Assembly (NCBI GenBank): GCA_965214775.1
Contig: OZ243974.1
Location: forward strand, 224,001 to 288,000
DNA length: 64,000 bases
Direction of reading: 5' to 3'
Source: Nitrosopumilus sp.
GTDB taxonomy: Archaea > Thermoproteota > Nitrososphaeria > Nitrososphaerales > Nitrosopumilaceae
Made by a program: the position numbers and the translations under genes. Below the pieces are notes generated by a model. It had not been told where the DNA came from, did not search any database, and worked only from the letters and a program-made list of their open reading frames with translations. Positions 53,350 through 63,968 of the stretch are shown one piece after another. How positions within the stretch are numbered: the stretch's first letter is position 1; each line of letters begins with the position of its first letter.

Positions 53350-55866
53350 TTGAAATTTCCATGTCCCAAATGCAAGTCAAAAATTGAGATTCAAAAGACA
53401 TTCAACAAAAAAATGCACGTTTCTTGCAGCAAATGTGGCATATGGGATCTTTTGGAATTTGCAAAGAATCCTGATGAAGTGTTTCTGGAATTTTTGGAAA
53501 GATACGACAAGGGATTAGTTGGCAGGAAGGGAGGGTTAGAAGAGAGTCTCAATGCAGAAGAGATAATAAGATCAGAAGGCGAAATCAAGGGCTTGATCGG
53601 AGAGAAAAACCCCGACAGGATTACTGAGGAAATACTATATTCAAAAAAAGACTACATCTCAGAATACAGGGTTTTGAAGAATCCTGAGCCCGAAATGGGC
53701 AGCAAAATTGAGGATTTGGGACTGGAAGACGGAATCACAGATCACCTGTCAGATTTAGGAATAAGGCAGCTTTACAAGTTTCAAGAGGAGTCCATTTCTG
53801 AAATTCTTTATGGCCAGAACATCGTAATCGAGGCACCGACTGCTTCTGGAAAAACCGAGGCGTTCTTGATTCCCATAGTCCAGAAAATAAAAAAAGACGG
53901 AGTCAAAGGCAATGTTTTTGCGATTTTTGTATATCCCACAAAGGCCCTTGCACGAGATCAGCATCCCAAGATAAAGAATCTTGCAGACAAGGTTGGAATC
54001 AGAGTAGGGGTTTTTGACGGAGACACACGACTTGAAGAAAGAAGAGACATTATTGACAATCCTCCACACATACTTGTAACAAATTTCGATGTCTTGCACT
54101 ATCACATGTGGCATCAGACAAAATTTTCGTCAATTTTAACATCAACGCAGATGCTAGTCGCAGATGAAGCACATGTCTATTCAGGCATTTTTGGAACAAA
54201 CGTTCACTATATCATCAAGCGATTAAAGCGAATTTGCGCAAAAAAGATCCAGTTTATTGCGGCGTCTGCAACACTTGATGACGCCAAAGAATTTTGTCAG
54301 GAATTGTTTGGCGAGGAGGAAATGCAACTGATTCACGGTTCTGGAAAAAAAGGCCAAACGGACTTTGTCATGATGTTTCCGTCACTTCGAACGCAAAGGG
54401 CCTTGATGGTAGATTTGACAAAACGGCTAACGCAAAAAAAACACAAAACAATGGTTTTCAACAACTCCCATCTAAATTCAGAACTTTTAGCCATTCAAGC
54501 TAAAAAGCAAAAAGTCAACATCAAGGTTCACAGGGCAGGACTAATGGCCAAATACAGAACGTCAGTCGAAAAGCAATTCAAAGAGGATAGTCTGGATGCA
54601 ATATCCTGCACTCCCACGCTTGAACTAGGCATAGATGTAGGAGATGTTGACGGGGTAATCTCGTCCACAATTCCCGTCAACAGGCTTACTCAAAGGATAG
54701 GCCGCGCGGCAAGAAAAGGTCAAAGGGGATACGCATTTTTGGCATTGGGAAATGATCCGATTTCCCAGTATTACAAAAATCACCCGGATGATTATTTTGA
54801 GGACATAGAGAAGACATACATAGATCCTAAAAACCCATTTGTCGAAGAATTCCAAGTCTTGGCAATGGCTTGTGATAGGCCAATATCCAAGCACGAGTTA
54901 AAAGAGCATCAGGAGATAATCGGGCATCACCTGACCAACGGGAATCTAAAAGAACACGGAAACAGAATAATCCCCAATTTTGAGAAAGTTTCCCCAATGC
55001 TAGACGACTACAGCATCAGGGGCATTGGAAAGTCAATAGATATTTTTCTTAATGGGAAAAAAGTCGGAGATAGAGTTTTACCAATCGCACTTGAGGAACT
55101 GCATGAATCTGCGATATATTTTTTGGCAGGGACAAGATACCGTGTCAAAGAACTGGACTATCCTAGAAAAAATTATGCAAAGCTGGAAAGGATTCCAAGA
55201 GACTATCCATATTATACAAAGGCACTCACAGAAGAATGGCCCACAATAGAAACAGTCTATGAACGGCGAACTGCAAATGGAATGGAAGTTGCGTTTTGCA
55301 AATTACGCATTGAGAAAAAAGTTCACGGTTATGTAAACATGGAACTAGGTCAGGAAATTACGCAGGGTGAAAAGATGATGCTTGATGAGCCATTAGAATA
55401 CGGCTTTATTACAAAGGGAATTGTATTTCATGCTCCACGTCCAACGAAGACTATCAAAGAATCCGAAGATGAGGAATATGCCGAAGCCAGCGGATATCAT
55501 GCAACTGAACATGTCGTAATTGAAGGAAGCAACATGATCACAGGAGGGGTTTCCCAGGATTTGGGAGGCATTTCGTTGGGCACTTCAGGCCTGATTTTTG
55601 TGTATGACGCGGCCATCGGAGGCAGCGGGGCAAGCAAAGCCCTCTATGACAGACTTGAAAGAGCCCTTGAGAGAAGCATGCATATTGTAAGAGAATGTCC
55701 ATGTAAAAGCGAGGCAGGATGCCCGAGATGCACATTCTCATACAGATGCGGAAACAATAACGAATATCTCCACAAGCATTCTGCACTAGAAGTTCTTGAG
55801 AGGATCAACGGCGGTCAAAAGACCAGGCTGATTGATCCGGCAAAAGAAGACAGGCCTTTGGTCTGA
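53350..55866 (+). CDS. DEAH-box helicase with C-terminal DUF1998 zinc site (Hrq1/MrfA-like)
   Basis: PTASGKT, DEAH, SAT, QRIGRAAR, CPCKSEAGCPRC. Confidence 0.92.
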   Translation: MKFPCPKCKSKIEIQKTFNKKMHVSCSKCGIWDLLEFAKNPDEVFLEFLERYDKGLVGRKGGLEESLNAEEIIRSEGEIKGLIGEKNPDRITEEILYSKKDYISEYRVLKNPEPEMGSKIEDLGLEDGITDHLSDLGIRQLYKFQEESISEILYGQNIVIEAPTASGKTEAFLIPIVQKIKKDGVKGNVFAIFVYPTKALARDQHPKIKNLADKVGIRVGVFDGDTRLEERRDIIDNPPHILVTNFDVLHYHMWHQTKFSSILTSTQMLVADEAHVYSGIFGTNVHYIIKRLKRICAKKIQFIAASATLDDAKEFCQELFGEEEMQLIHGSGKKGQTDFVMMFPSLRTQRALMVDLTKRLTQKKHKTMVFNNSHLNSELLAIQAKKQKVNIKVHRAGLMAKYRTSVEKQFKEDSLDAISCTPTLELGIDVGDVDGVISSTIPVNRLTQRIGRAARKGQRGYAFLALGNDPISQYYKNHPDDYFEDIEKTYIDPKNPFVEEFQVLAMACDRPISKHELKEHQEIIGHHLTNGNLKEHGNRIIPNFEKVSPMLDDYSIRGIGKSIDIFLNGKKVGDRVLPIALEELHESAIYFLAGTRYRVKELDYPRKNYAKLERIPRDYPYYTKALTEEWPTIETVYERRTANGMEVAFCKLRIEKKVHGYVNMELGQEITQGEKMMLDEPLEYGFITKGIVFHAPRPTKTIKESEDEEYAEASGYHATEHVVIEGSNMITGGVSQDLGGISLGTSGLIFVYDAAIGGSGASKALYDRLERALERSMHIVRECPCKSEAGCPRCTFSYRCGNNNEYLHKHSALEVLERINGGQKTRLIDPAKEDRPLV

Positions 55867-55908
55867 AAATCAAAATAGGATAAATAAGACAAAAATGCTG
55901 GATCAACC

Positions 55909-56739
55909 ATGAAAGGGGTTGCTCTAGTTACAGGAAGCTCGTCAGGAATTGGATTGGAGACAGCATTGGCGCTGGCCAGGGACGGATATCATACATTTGC
56001 CAGCATGAGGGACACAGGAAAGTCAAAAAAATTAGAGGATGCCGCAAGAAAGGAAGGCCTCGACATAGAGATTACAGAATTGGATGTGGACAAGGAGGAG
56101 TCAATTGTTGCTGCAATCAAAAAAGTTGTGGATTCTAGGGGCAGGCTTGACGTACTGGTAAACAATGCAGGGTATGGGCAGTTCGGATGTACTGAAGATG
56201 TGTCTGTTGAAGATTTCAAGAAACAGTTTGAAACTAATTTCTTTGGCGTTGTGAGAATTATTCAAGAGGTTGCGCCAATTATGAGAAAGCAGGGTTCAGG
56301 TAGCATCATAAACATTAGTTCTGTCGTAGGAAGAATCGGACTGCCTGGCTCTCCGGCCTACATCAGTTCAAAATTTGCGTTGGAGGGACTAGCAGAGTGC
56401 CTGCGATACGAACTGGGCCAGTTTGGGATCAACACGACACTCATAGAACCAGGAGTCACCAAAACAAACTTTTTTGATTCTATGAGAATTCCAGAATCAA
56501 GGATAGACCCAAAGTACAAGCAGATGGCTGACAATATTTTGTCAGGCCTCAAGATGATGGTAGAGATGGGAACAGCGCCATCTCATGTTGCCAATGTGGT
56601 CGTGAAATCCCTTCACGATGAAGAAATGTTGCCAAGATACCTTGCAGGCTCAGATGCTGCAATGTTTTTGGAGGCTAAAAAAACAAAGACAGACATTGAG
56701 TTTGAGAAATATATGAGCAAAGAGCTCTTCTCTCACTAG
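55909..56739 (+). CDS. SDR oxidoreductase
   Basis: TGSSSGIG, NNAG, YISSK. Confidence 0.92.
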   Translation: MKGVALVTGSSSGIGLETALALARDGYHTFASMRDTGKSKKLEDAARKEGLDIEITELDVDKEESIVAAIKKVVDSRGRLDVLVNNAGYGQFGCTEDVSVEDFKKQFETNFFGVVRIIQEVAPIMRKQGSGSIINISSVVGRIGLPGSPAYISSKFALEGLAECLRYELGQFGINTTLIEPGVTKTNFFDSMRIPESRIDPKYKQMADNILSGLKMMVEMGTAPSHVANVVVKSLHDEEMLPRYLAGSDAAMFLEAKKTKTDIEFEKYMSKELFSH

Positions 56740-56804
56740 CATCGCATGCCTACGTTAACTTGATATACGCATGAAATGCAGTTTTTGTCAAAGTCTGCAA
56801 TTTT

Positions 56805-58499
56805 ATGGTGAAAAGAATGGCACAATGGGAGAAACTAGAGCACAATGGGATCCTTTTTCCACCTGACTTTGAATCTCAGGGGGTCAGGATAAGGATCAAG
56901 GGAGAAGATGTTGAGCTCAATCTAGAACAAGAAGAGATGGCATACCAGTGGGCAAAAAAGAAGGACACGCCTTATGTTCAGGACAAGATCTTCCAAAAGA
57001 ACTTTACAGTAGATTTTGCAGAGAAGCTGGGCCCCAAATTTAAGAAAATCTCATATGAGGATATCGATTTTTCTCAAGCCTACAAACTGGTGGACATGCA
57101 AAAAGATCGCAAAGAGATGATGAGCAAGGAGGAAAAGAAAGAGCAGGCAAAAAATAGAAAAAAAATACGGGAAGAGCTCAAAGCCAAATACGGAATTGCC
57201 AAAATGCAGTTAAAAAAAGGCGGAAAGATAGTCGAGGTAGAGGTTGGAAACTATATGGCCGAGCCGCCTGGAATTTTTATCGGCAGGGGAGAGCATCCGC
57301 TCAGAGGCAGGTGGAAACCCAGAGTTACGGAGAAGGATGTGATTTTAAATCTTGGAAAAGAGGCACCAAGACCAAAAGGCAGTTGGAAAGAGATCAGACA
57401 TGATCAGGATTCCACGTGGCTGGCAAGATGGACGGACTTTCTCACCAAAAAGACGAAATATGTTTGGCTTTCTGATGGCTCTGATCTAAAACAAGGCAGA
57501 GACAAGGAAAAATACGAAAAAGCGGTAAAACTTCAAAGAGAGATAGAGAAAATCAGAAAGGCAATGGCCAGAGACATGAAGGATGAAAAGAAAAGCAAGG
57601 TTGCCACCGCATGCTACCTGATTTACAGGACTGCAATGAGGGTGGGAGATGAAAAGAACGAGGACGAGGCAGACACAGTTGGTGCAACGACGCTCAGGAC
57701 AAAACACATAAAGATTACAGCTGATCAAATAGAGTTTGACTTTTTGGGAAAAGACAGCGTAAGATGGCAAGAAACCCTAAAAATTGAAGGAGACGATGAT
57801 GCACAGTTTCAGGAAAATCTCCAAAAACTAATCGGAAAGAAAAGGCCGGACGAGGATATTTTTGACGAAATCACATCCAGAGATGTTAACAAGTACTTTT
57901 CTGGAATTGTAAAGGGACTGAGTGCCAAAGTGTTCAGAACGTACCTGGCAACAACCAAGGTCAAGAACTATCTTGTCCAGCACGACAACATAAGAAAGGA
58001 GAGCCCAAGTGCAAAGATTTACCATGCAAAACTAGCCAACCTGGAGGCTGCGATCATGTGCAACCACAAAAGAACCATTCCTAAAACATTTGAGCAGTCA
58101 TTGCAGAAAAAACGTGATACTCTGAAAAATGTTGAACAAATCAGGACGTGGAACAAAACCCGGGAAGCGCTGAAAAAGGCCAAGGCATCTGAGCCAAAAA
58201 CAGAAACCCAAAAGGAAAAAAAGGCAAAGAAAATCAAGAGACTAAATGAGCGAATCGAAAAACAAAAGACAAGACACAAAGAGAGGGTTGAGAAATTAAA
58301 ACTGCAAATTGACTTGTCTGAGCAGACAAGAGATTACAACCTAGGCACGTCTCTTAGAAATTATATCGATCCAAGAGTCTTCAAAGCTTGGACAGACGAG
58401 GTCGGTGCCGAATGGGAAAAATTGTACACCTCAGCATTGCAGAAAAAATTCCTATGGGTCAAAAAAGAGAATCTTAGTTGGAAGGCCATCAAAAAATAG
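56805..58499 (+). CDS. DNA topoisomerase IB (eukaryote-like)
   Basis: GRGEHP, MRVGDEK, FLGKDS, KVFRTY, CNH, NYIDPR. Confidence 0.95.
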   Translation: MVKRMAQWEKLEHNGILFPPDFESQGVRIRIKGEDVELNLEQEEMAYQWAKKKDTPYVQDKIFQKNFTVDFAEKLGPKFKKISYEDIDFSQAYKLVDMQKDRKEMMSKEEKKEQAKNRKKIREELKAKYGIAKMQLKKGGKIVEVEVGNYMAEPPGIFIGRGEHPLRGRWKPRVTEKDVILNLGKEAPRPKGSWKEIRHDQDSTWLARWTDFLTKKTKYVWLSDGSDLKQGRDKEKYEKAVKLQREIEKIRKAMARDMKDEKKSKVATACYLIYRTAMRVGDEKNEDEADTVGATTLRTKHIKITADQIEFDFLGKDSVRWQETLKIEGDDDAQFQENLQKLIGKKRPDEDIFDEITSRDVNKYFSGIVKGLSAKVFRTYLATTKVKNYLVQHDNIRKESPSAKIYHAKLANLEAAIMCNHKRTIPKTFEQSLQKKRDTLKNVEQIRTWNKTREALKKAKASEPKTETQKEKKAKKIKRLNERIEKQKTRHKERVEKLKLQIDLSEQTRDYNLGTSLRNYIDPRVFKAWTDEVGAEWEKLYTSALQKKFLWVKKENLSWKAIKK

Positions 58500-58580
58500 G
58501 AAGAAGGCCCAAAGTTTCTGCCCCAAGATTCCAGAAAAATCACGGATGAGACCATGACGATCTATGTCAGGGATCCCAAG

Positions 58581-58606
58581 CCTTCCTTCCTTCCTTCCTT
58601 CCTTCC
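58581..58606 (+). repeat. (CCTT)6 microsatellite
   Basis: Read directly from the sequence. Confidence 0.9.
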
Positions 58607-58815
58607 TCCACGAGGCCAAGATCAGGGGTACTTTTCACTTGGCTGTGATTCAGTCTTCCCAGGTGTACACGACTCGTGTCGGTGGAGACGACGATGTGCG
58701 GATCTGCAGGAAGTCTAGTTTGAACTGTTTCAAGATTGGAGCCGCTTTTTGGGTTACTTTTGGGAAGACTGGTTGGTAGAACATTTAATTTCCCAGTTTT
58801 CGGGCATAATACTGT

Positions 58816-58930
58816 GCCGGGGTAGCTCAGCCTGGTTAGAGTGCCAGTTCACTTGGTAATCTCTAAAGGTTCTCCAACTAAGGCAATACTCATAATCTGG
58901 AGGTCGCGAGTTCGAAACTCGCCCCCGGCA
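58816..58930 (+). tRNA. tRNA-Met(CAT), elongator type, with a 40-nt non-canonical intron (58848-58887)
   Basis: GCCGGGG/CCCCGGC acceptor stem, TTCGAAA T-loop, CCAG^A-CTCATAA-TCTGG anticodon arm; BHB with TGCC/GGCA helix. Confidence 0.88.
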
Positions 58931-59106
58931 TTACAAGATCTGGTCAGTACGCCCAACGCCTCAAATATTATTTATCGAGCATAAAGGTAGCCAGGAAGAG
59001 ACAAGGCAGATCCCGACACAATGTTGAGTTGGCATCTCACACATCATCCAAGGCACAGATTCATCTTGATGACGGCATGGGTCTGCAAGAGCCCACAGAT
59101 CCGACT

Positions 59107-59197
59107 GTAAGAGTTTACATCCTCCCGAAAATACGACGTGGTAGGCACAATGATCAAGGCTCCGGCCAGCAGTGTCGTCTGAGGGGTAAACTCTTAC
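59107..59197. mobile_element. MITE family E
   Basis: GTAAGAGTTTAC...GTAAACTCTTAC with perfect TSD GATCCGACT. Confidence 0.9.
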
Positions 59198-59281
59198 GAT
59201 CCGACTACTCTGGATTAGGCCAAGTTGGAATAAAGACGGGTGGAGATAGGCATAGAAATTCATTTTAAATGCAAAATTTAG

Positions 59282-60097
59282 ATGAAATTCTTGACTAAAA
59301 AGAAAATTGCCATCAGCGCATTTGTTGGAATCGTTGCAGTATTGGCATTGGATACGTTTGCAATCAAACCCAACGTGATTGAAGTCAATCGGGTTGATAT
59401 CTCAGATACGGGAACAAAAATGAGCATTGGTTTTATTTCTGATTTTCAGAGGCAAAATTCTGATCCCGCATTTGTTCAGCGTGTCGTAGACATCCTAAAT
59501 GAAGAAGAACTCGACACGGTAGTTATCGGGGGCGACTTTGTAGACAAAAGTTTGGGTGAATTGCCCTCACTTGATCCATTGCAAAAGCTAGATACAAAAT
59601 ACGGAGTGTATGGAGTTTTAGGAAATCATGATTATGGCGTAGATTCACTTAATCCCAATAACGCCAATTTTGAGATGGGTGAATCAGTGTTAAGGCATCT
59701 TGAGAGCGGGGGCCCAGTTCAAATCCTTAGAAACGAGAACATTGTGATCAATGGCATCGTATTGGTTGGTCTTGACTCGTACTGGGCAGGCTTAAGAGAC
59801 ACAGACAAAGCTTTTGAAAACACTTCGGATGAATTCAAGATTTTACTTGCACACAATCAAAACGATTTAGAAATAAGCAAGGAAACTGCAGACGTGTATT
59901 TGTTTGGCCACACCCATTGTGGACAAGTCAGGCTTCCATATGTCGGCTCTGTACCAAAAATGATTGGGTTTGAGGGGGATTATGACCACAAACACTACGT
60001 TGTAAATGACGCTGATGTCTATACGACATGCGGGTTGGCTCCTGGGCCGAGATTTTTCAATCTGCCAGAAATCACAATTATAAATTTGTCAGAATAA
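59282..60097 (+). CDS. Membrane-anchored calcineurin-like metallophosphoesterase (YkuE-like)
   Basis: SDFQ, GGDFVD, GNHD, LAHN, GHTHCGQ. Confidence 0.9.
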   Translation: MKFLTKKKIAISAFVGIVAVLALDTFAIKPNVIEVNRVDISDTGTKMSIGFISDFQRQNSDPAFVQRVVDILNEEELDTVVIGGDFVDKSLGELPSLDPLQKLDTKYGVYGVLGNHDYGVDSLNPNNANFEMGESVLRHLESGGPVQILRNENIVINGIVLVGLDSYWAGLRDTDKAFENTSDEFKILLAHNQNDLEISKETADVYLFGHTHCGQVRLPYVGSVPKMIGFEGDYDHKHYVVNDADVYTTCGLAPGPRFFNLPEITIINLSE

Positions 60098-60106
60098 TCA
60101 GATTGT

Positions 60107-60329
60107 TGTTTCATATGAAAACTAGTTCCGCCCCTCATCAGTATCCCTCTCCATCCACAGCCAAGTGGGATGTAAACGGGAATTATTTTTTTTGCCTTGT
60201 TGCTGAGGTGCCATCCTCTTGCCCATTTTCTGTTTTTTACTCGATTTTTTGGTACATTTCTCGGCTGATCCGCTTTGGGCCGCTTTTCCTGATCGCTTCT
60301 GAGGCCTCCCGTCTCCGGAACGCCATCCT
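60107..60329 (-). mobile_element. IS481 end remnant
   Basis: TIR-like TGTTTCATATGAAAACTAGTTCCGC; cttttcctgatcgcttctg matches 30894-30912. Confidence 0.55.
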
Positions 60330-60488
60330 GAGAGTTGATTCGAAATCAGCAGATTCTGATCGTGTATGAACAAGTTTACATTAAATCGGTTAAATTGTCT
60401 GCAAACGACAAGTTATCTGTGAGTTACTTGACAGACTTGCAGAAAAATCCGGGCAGTAGTTGCACGAGTTCTAGTTGTGAATCATTTC
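60330..60488. mobile_element. Degenerate MITE family A (inverted)
   Basis: GAGAGTTGATTCGAAATCAGCAGATTCTGAT...ACAAGTTATCTGTGA. Confidence 0.7.
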
Positions 60489-60718
60489 AGAGGCGCCCTT
60501 TTCCCGTGCCGGACAACAGCAGGAGGCTGCCCGGAGATATCACAGTGTCTTGTTTCACGGATTGCTGTACAGGTCACGTGATCCAGATTCTTTAATCAAA
60601 AGTTCTCACAACAGTTGTGATCGGTTTTTGATCACGAACGCCGTATTGTTCTGTCATCTGCCTCAGCCATTCTTTCAATTGTTGTCATGCTACCTGGACT
60701 CAGAGAAGGATTCCCTGT

Positions 60719-60786
60719 GCGGCGGCGGTGCGGGCGGCGGTGCGGGTGGCGGTGCGGGTGGCGGTGCGGGTGGCGGTGCGGGTGGT
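60719..60786 (+). repeat. 12-bp tandem repeat (GCGGGTGGCGGT) about 5.5 copies
   Basis: Read directly from the sequence. Confidence 0.9.
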
Positions 60787-60985
60787 TGACAGATTCAATG
60801 TACAGACAGAGCTGCCAGAGACAGGTCAGCAGGACATCATTGCAATTTTTCCAGAAGAAGAAAAAGAAGAAGCAGAAGAACTTGCATCATACTATTATTA
60901 TGACAAGAGACGATTTGGAATCACTGGGAAAAATCAAAGCTATCTGAGTTGTTCCAAGTGACGGATTTCAAGGGATTAGAAAGGA

Positions 60986-61864
60986 TCAATCTGATGATTT
61001 TTTGCCAACAAGCAAGTCTGCCTTATAATTTAGGGCGGCCCTAGAATGCAATTGAAGGTTCCATGGGATTTCAGAGGGGGTTTCCGTTTCAGGCGTAATT
61101 TTAAACCCTAGCTGAGTCATGGATTTGCGCAAACCTTTCCCGTCTAGAGGATTTTTGATTGAATTTACGCCCCTGTCAAAATCATACGGGTCAGAAATTA
61201 TTGCCGTTCCATTCGAAATTTGGCCAGAGATTTTTTGGATAAGAGCCGATGGCTCCATAATTTCTAATACGTTTAGAGCGACAATCAATCCGAAATGCGC
61301 TTTTCCAAAGACGTTAGAAAAGGTGTCAGCAACGACATAATCCACGTTTTTTTTACCGGGTTTTTTTGCCTCCACCAACGCACTAAAAGAACGGTCTACC
61401 CCAAAAACATAATCGCATTTTTCAGACATCTTTCCGGCAATTATCCCAATTGAGCAGCCATATTCAAGACCAAGCTTGGAGGAGGGAAGAGAGCAAATGT
61501 GCCGGTTTATGACAGAGTAAAATTTTGATTTTCTGCTGTTTTGATAGATTTTTGTCCATCTATCCTCAAGATGGGTTCTGTCTTCCTTGTATTTTATATC
61601 AGAAAAAGAAGACTTTAGAAATTCCTTCATGATTTTTGTTCTAGCAAGACGGTACAGCCGTCCGCCCAAACTTTTTCTTGACGAAACATAATTTGAAAAA
61701 TCATCCCACAGAATTGCAAGTCTAGAGATGATGGGAAAGTCAAGACTGCATTTTTTGCAATGAAGAAAGCCTTCCTCTATTTCTGAGGACTCGGATAATT
61801 TTTCCAAAGCCAAGACAGATCCGCATCTAGCACACTTTAGGTATTCTAAGCTGGACTCGTACAC
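60986..61864 (-). CDS. SAM methyltransferase with N-terminal Trm112-like zinc ribbon
   Basis: CARC...CKKC...FPII; LEYGCSIG, GVDRS. Confidence 0.8.
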   Translation of the reverse strand: MYESSLEYLKCARCGSVLALEKLSESSEIEEGFLHCKKCSLDFPIISRLAILWDDFSNYVSSRKSLGGRLYRLARTKIMKEFLKSSFSDIKYKEDRTHLEDRWTKIYQNSRKSKFYSVINRHICSLPSSKLGLEYGCSIGIIAGKMSEKCDYVFGVDRSFSALVEAKKPGKKNVDYVVADTFSNVFGKAHFGLIVALNVLEIMEPSALIQKISGQISNGTAIISDPYDFDRGVNSIKNPLDGKGLRKSMTQLGFKITPETETPSEIPWNLQLHSRAALNYKADLLVGKKSSD

Positions 61865-61949
61865 AAAAACACGGTATTTTTTCTGAACTAATAATTTCTT
61901 TGCCGCACCAAGATAATGTTAAATGTAGTAATCACGAATTTTATGCAAG

Positions 61950-63146
61950 ATGGGGGAATTTGAAGAGTTTGCAGAGGCATTATTTGGCCAGCTGTCCGTA
62001 GAAATTAACGAAGAAAAAGAGATCACAGAACTGGCAGTCAAGGCCAAAGAAGATCTTCCTGACAATGTAAGTTTTAAAAAAATTGAGGAAATTGCCGAGG
62101 AGATACTGCCGGAATTCAAGTCCAAAGTCGAGGACTTTTTGGGAGTAAAATGTCCGGATGAAATCAGATTAGAGTTTCCAGAACTAGAGGCATTCAAGAA
62201 GCTCAAAGGAGACAAAGTTTTTGCCAAAAAGGATGCAAAAAAATTTGTCAAAGATTTGTTTGCAGCTGTTGCAAAAGAGGATTTGAAAAAAATTGCAGAG
62301 CTGATGCGGCAGGATACTGGAAAGTATCTAGTGTATTCCACATACGCAATACAATACATTTCAAAGATTACAACGACTTATGGGGATTATCTGGACGGGG
62401 TCATCTACCTAAACAGATTCGTTTTATCAAGATACCCGCAAATCATTTTGCAAAAACAGGGGGGGCCTCATGACGCAATATTTGAAAATGTAAATTCAGG
62501 ATACCTGGGGGCTGTAAAAATGACAGTGCTAGAGGAGCTGATTCATTCTGCACAAGAAAACCTGCAGCAAATCAACAAGCAGGCGGCAATGGAGGTAAAT
62601 GAGATCAACGAGGAACTTGCAAACATTGTCTTGTCTTTAGATACGGAAACGGCAAACAGGCTGTCCGAGCACTGCCAATTGCAGGCAGTTCCAGATGATT
62701 TTCCCTTTGCAAAAAAAGCAAACCTGTTTTTCTTTTTGAATCCTGATCATTTCCTGATCGAGCAGATTGGGCCAGACGTCATGACGTTTACCTGCGTTGA
62801 AATGGACCCAAAAATTGAAGAGTCCATGCCGGAATTGTCAGGCATTTATAAAAGATGGCTGGTTCCAATCCAACGGCATCACGCTGCGTTTACTGCCATG
62901 GAAGGAATGGCAGGATTTGCAATCGAGGGCATTCTCAAAGATGACAAAGACTTTCAAAACTATCTGACTGCATACATGGGAACCGACTTTTCATCATACC
63001 AGGTAAGAAAAAATTTGGGCAAAGATTTCACAAAGGCCGTCTATGAAAAACTAGGCAGGGATACGTTCAAAAAAATGATCGAGACGCCGCCAAATACACG
63101 AGAATTAAAAGATCCGCAGTCATACATTGACAGATTGGGCCAGTAA
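61950..63146 (+). CDS. Hypothetical protein with zincin-like fold
   Basis: LEELIHSAQ and AMEGMAGF resemble the HExxH...E zincin scaffold. Confidence 0.65.
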   Translation: MGEFEEFAEALFGQLSVEINEEKEITELAVKAKEDLPDNVSFKKIEEIAEEILPEFKSKVEDFLGVKCPDEIRLEFPELEAFKKLKGDKVFAKKDAKKFVKDLFAAVAKEDLKKIAELMRQDTGKYLVYSTYAIQYISKITTTYGDYLDGVIYLNRFVLSRYPQIILQKQGGPHDAIFENVNSGYLGAVKMTVLEELIHSAQENLQQINKQAAMEVNEINEELANIVLSLDTETANRLSEHCQLQAVPDDFPFAKKANLFFFLNPDHFLIEQIGPDVMTFTCVEMDPKIEESMPELSGIYKRWLVPIQRHHAAFTAMEGMAGFAIEGILKDDKDFQNYLTAYMGTDFSSYQVRKNLGKDFTKAVYEKLGRDTFKKMIETPPNTRELKDPQSYIDRLGQ

Positions 63147-63149
63147 TAA

Positions 63150-63968
63150 TTGAGCAAAAAATTTGATCCGTTTGTTGCCGAATGGTTTTCGTTTGTAAAA
63201 AGTCCAAACTTCAACCTGGTAGAAAAATGCCTGAAATTTTCTCAACTGTTGGAGTACCCCGATCTGAATGTGGAGAAATACATCAAGAAGATCAACAATA
63301 TCGGCACGTCGTTAAAGGAATCAGTGGGCGATGTGAAAAATCCCACATATTTGATCTCTATGCTAAATGAGCACCTTTTTGAAAATCTTGGATTTGCAGG
63401 AGACGCCGACGATTATTACAATCCAAAAAATAATTTTCTTAACGAGGTGATTGACAACAGAGCAGGACTGCCAATAACGTTATCTGTTTTGTATGCAGAA
63501 GTTGCAAAATTTGTCGGACTGGATCTAAAGATGGTCGGTTTTCCCAGCCATATCTTGGTAAAACATAACGAGGAAATGATTCTTGATCCGTTTTATGATG
63601 GAAGGCCGTTAGGCATTGATGACTTGCAGGAAATTCTTGACATCAATTTTGGCGGAGAGTTGGAATTTCAACCGGAATTTCTTGACGAGATACCGCCTGA
63701 ACAGATTCTAGTAAGACTGGCCAGAAACCTGAAGAATTCATATGTCCAGTCGTTTGTTTATGAGAAGGCATTGCGTTGTGTCAACATGGTTCTTGCAATT
63801 GAACCAGAATCACCAGACGACATCAGAGACAAGGGAATACTGGAAGAAAGGATGCTGAACTCAGATGTTGCATTGCAGTACCTCAACAAATATTTGGAAA
63901 TAAATCCCAACGCAGAAGATGTGGATTTTATTTTGGAATTTATCAGAGGCATAAAGACAAAAGACTAG
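63150..63968 (+). CDS. SirB1/transglutaminase-like protein with TPR
   Basis: YYNPKNNFL, GLPITLS, FPSH, LDPF, RNLK, C-terminal TPR. Confidence 0.88.
   Translation: MSKKFDPFVAEWFSFVKSPNFNLVEKCLKFSQLLEYPDLNVEKYIKKINNIGTSLKESVGDVKNPTYLISMLNEHLFENLGFAGDADDYYNPKNNFLNEVIDNRAGLPITLSVLYAEVAKFVGLDLKMVGFPSHILVKHNEEMILDPFYDGRPLGIDDLQEILDINFGGELEFQPEFLDEIPPEQILVRLARNLKNSYVQSFVYEKALRCVNMVLAIEPESPDDIRDKGILEERMLNSDVALQYLNKYLEINPNAEDVDFILEFIRGIKTKD

Noticed and set aside
56805-58499. Eukaryote-like topoisomerase IB as recent transfer or contamination
   Set aside because: It is an established hallmark of Thaumarchaeota
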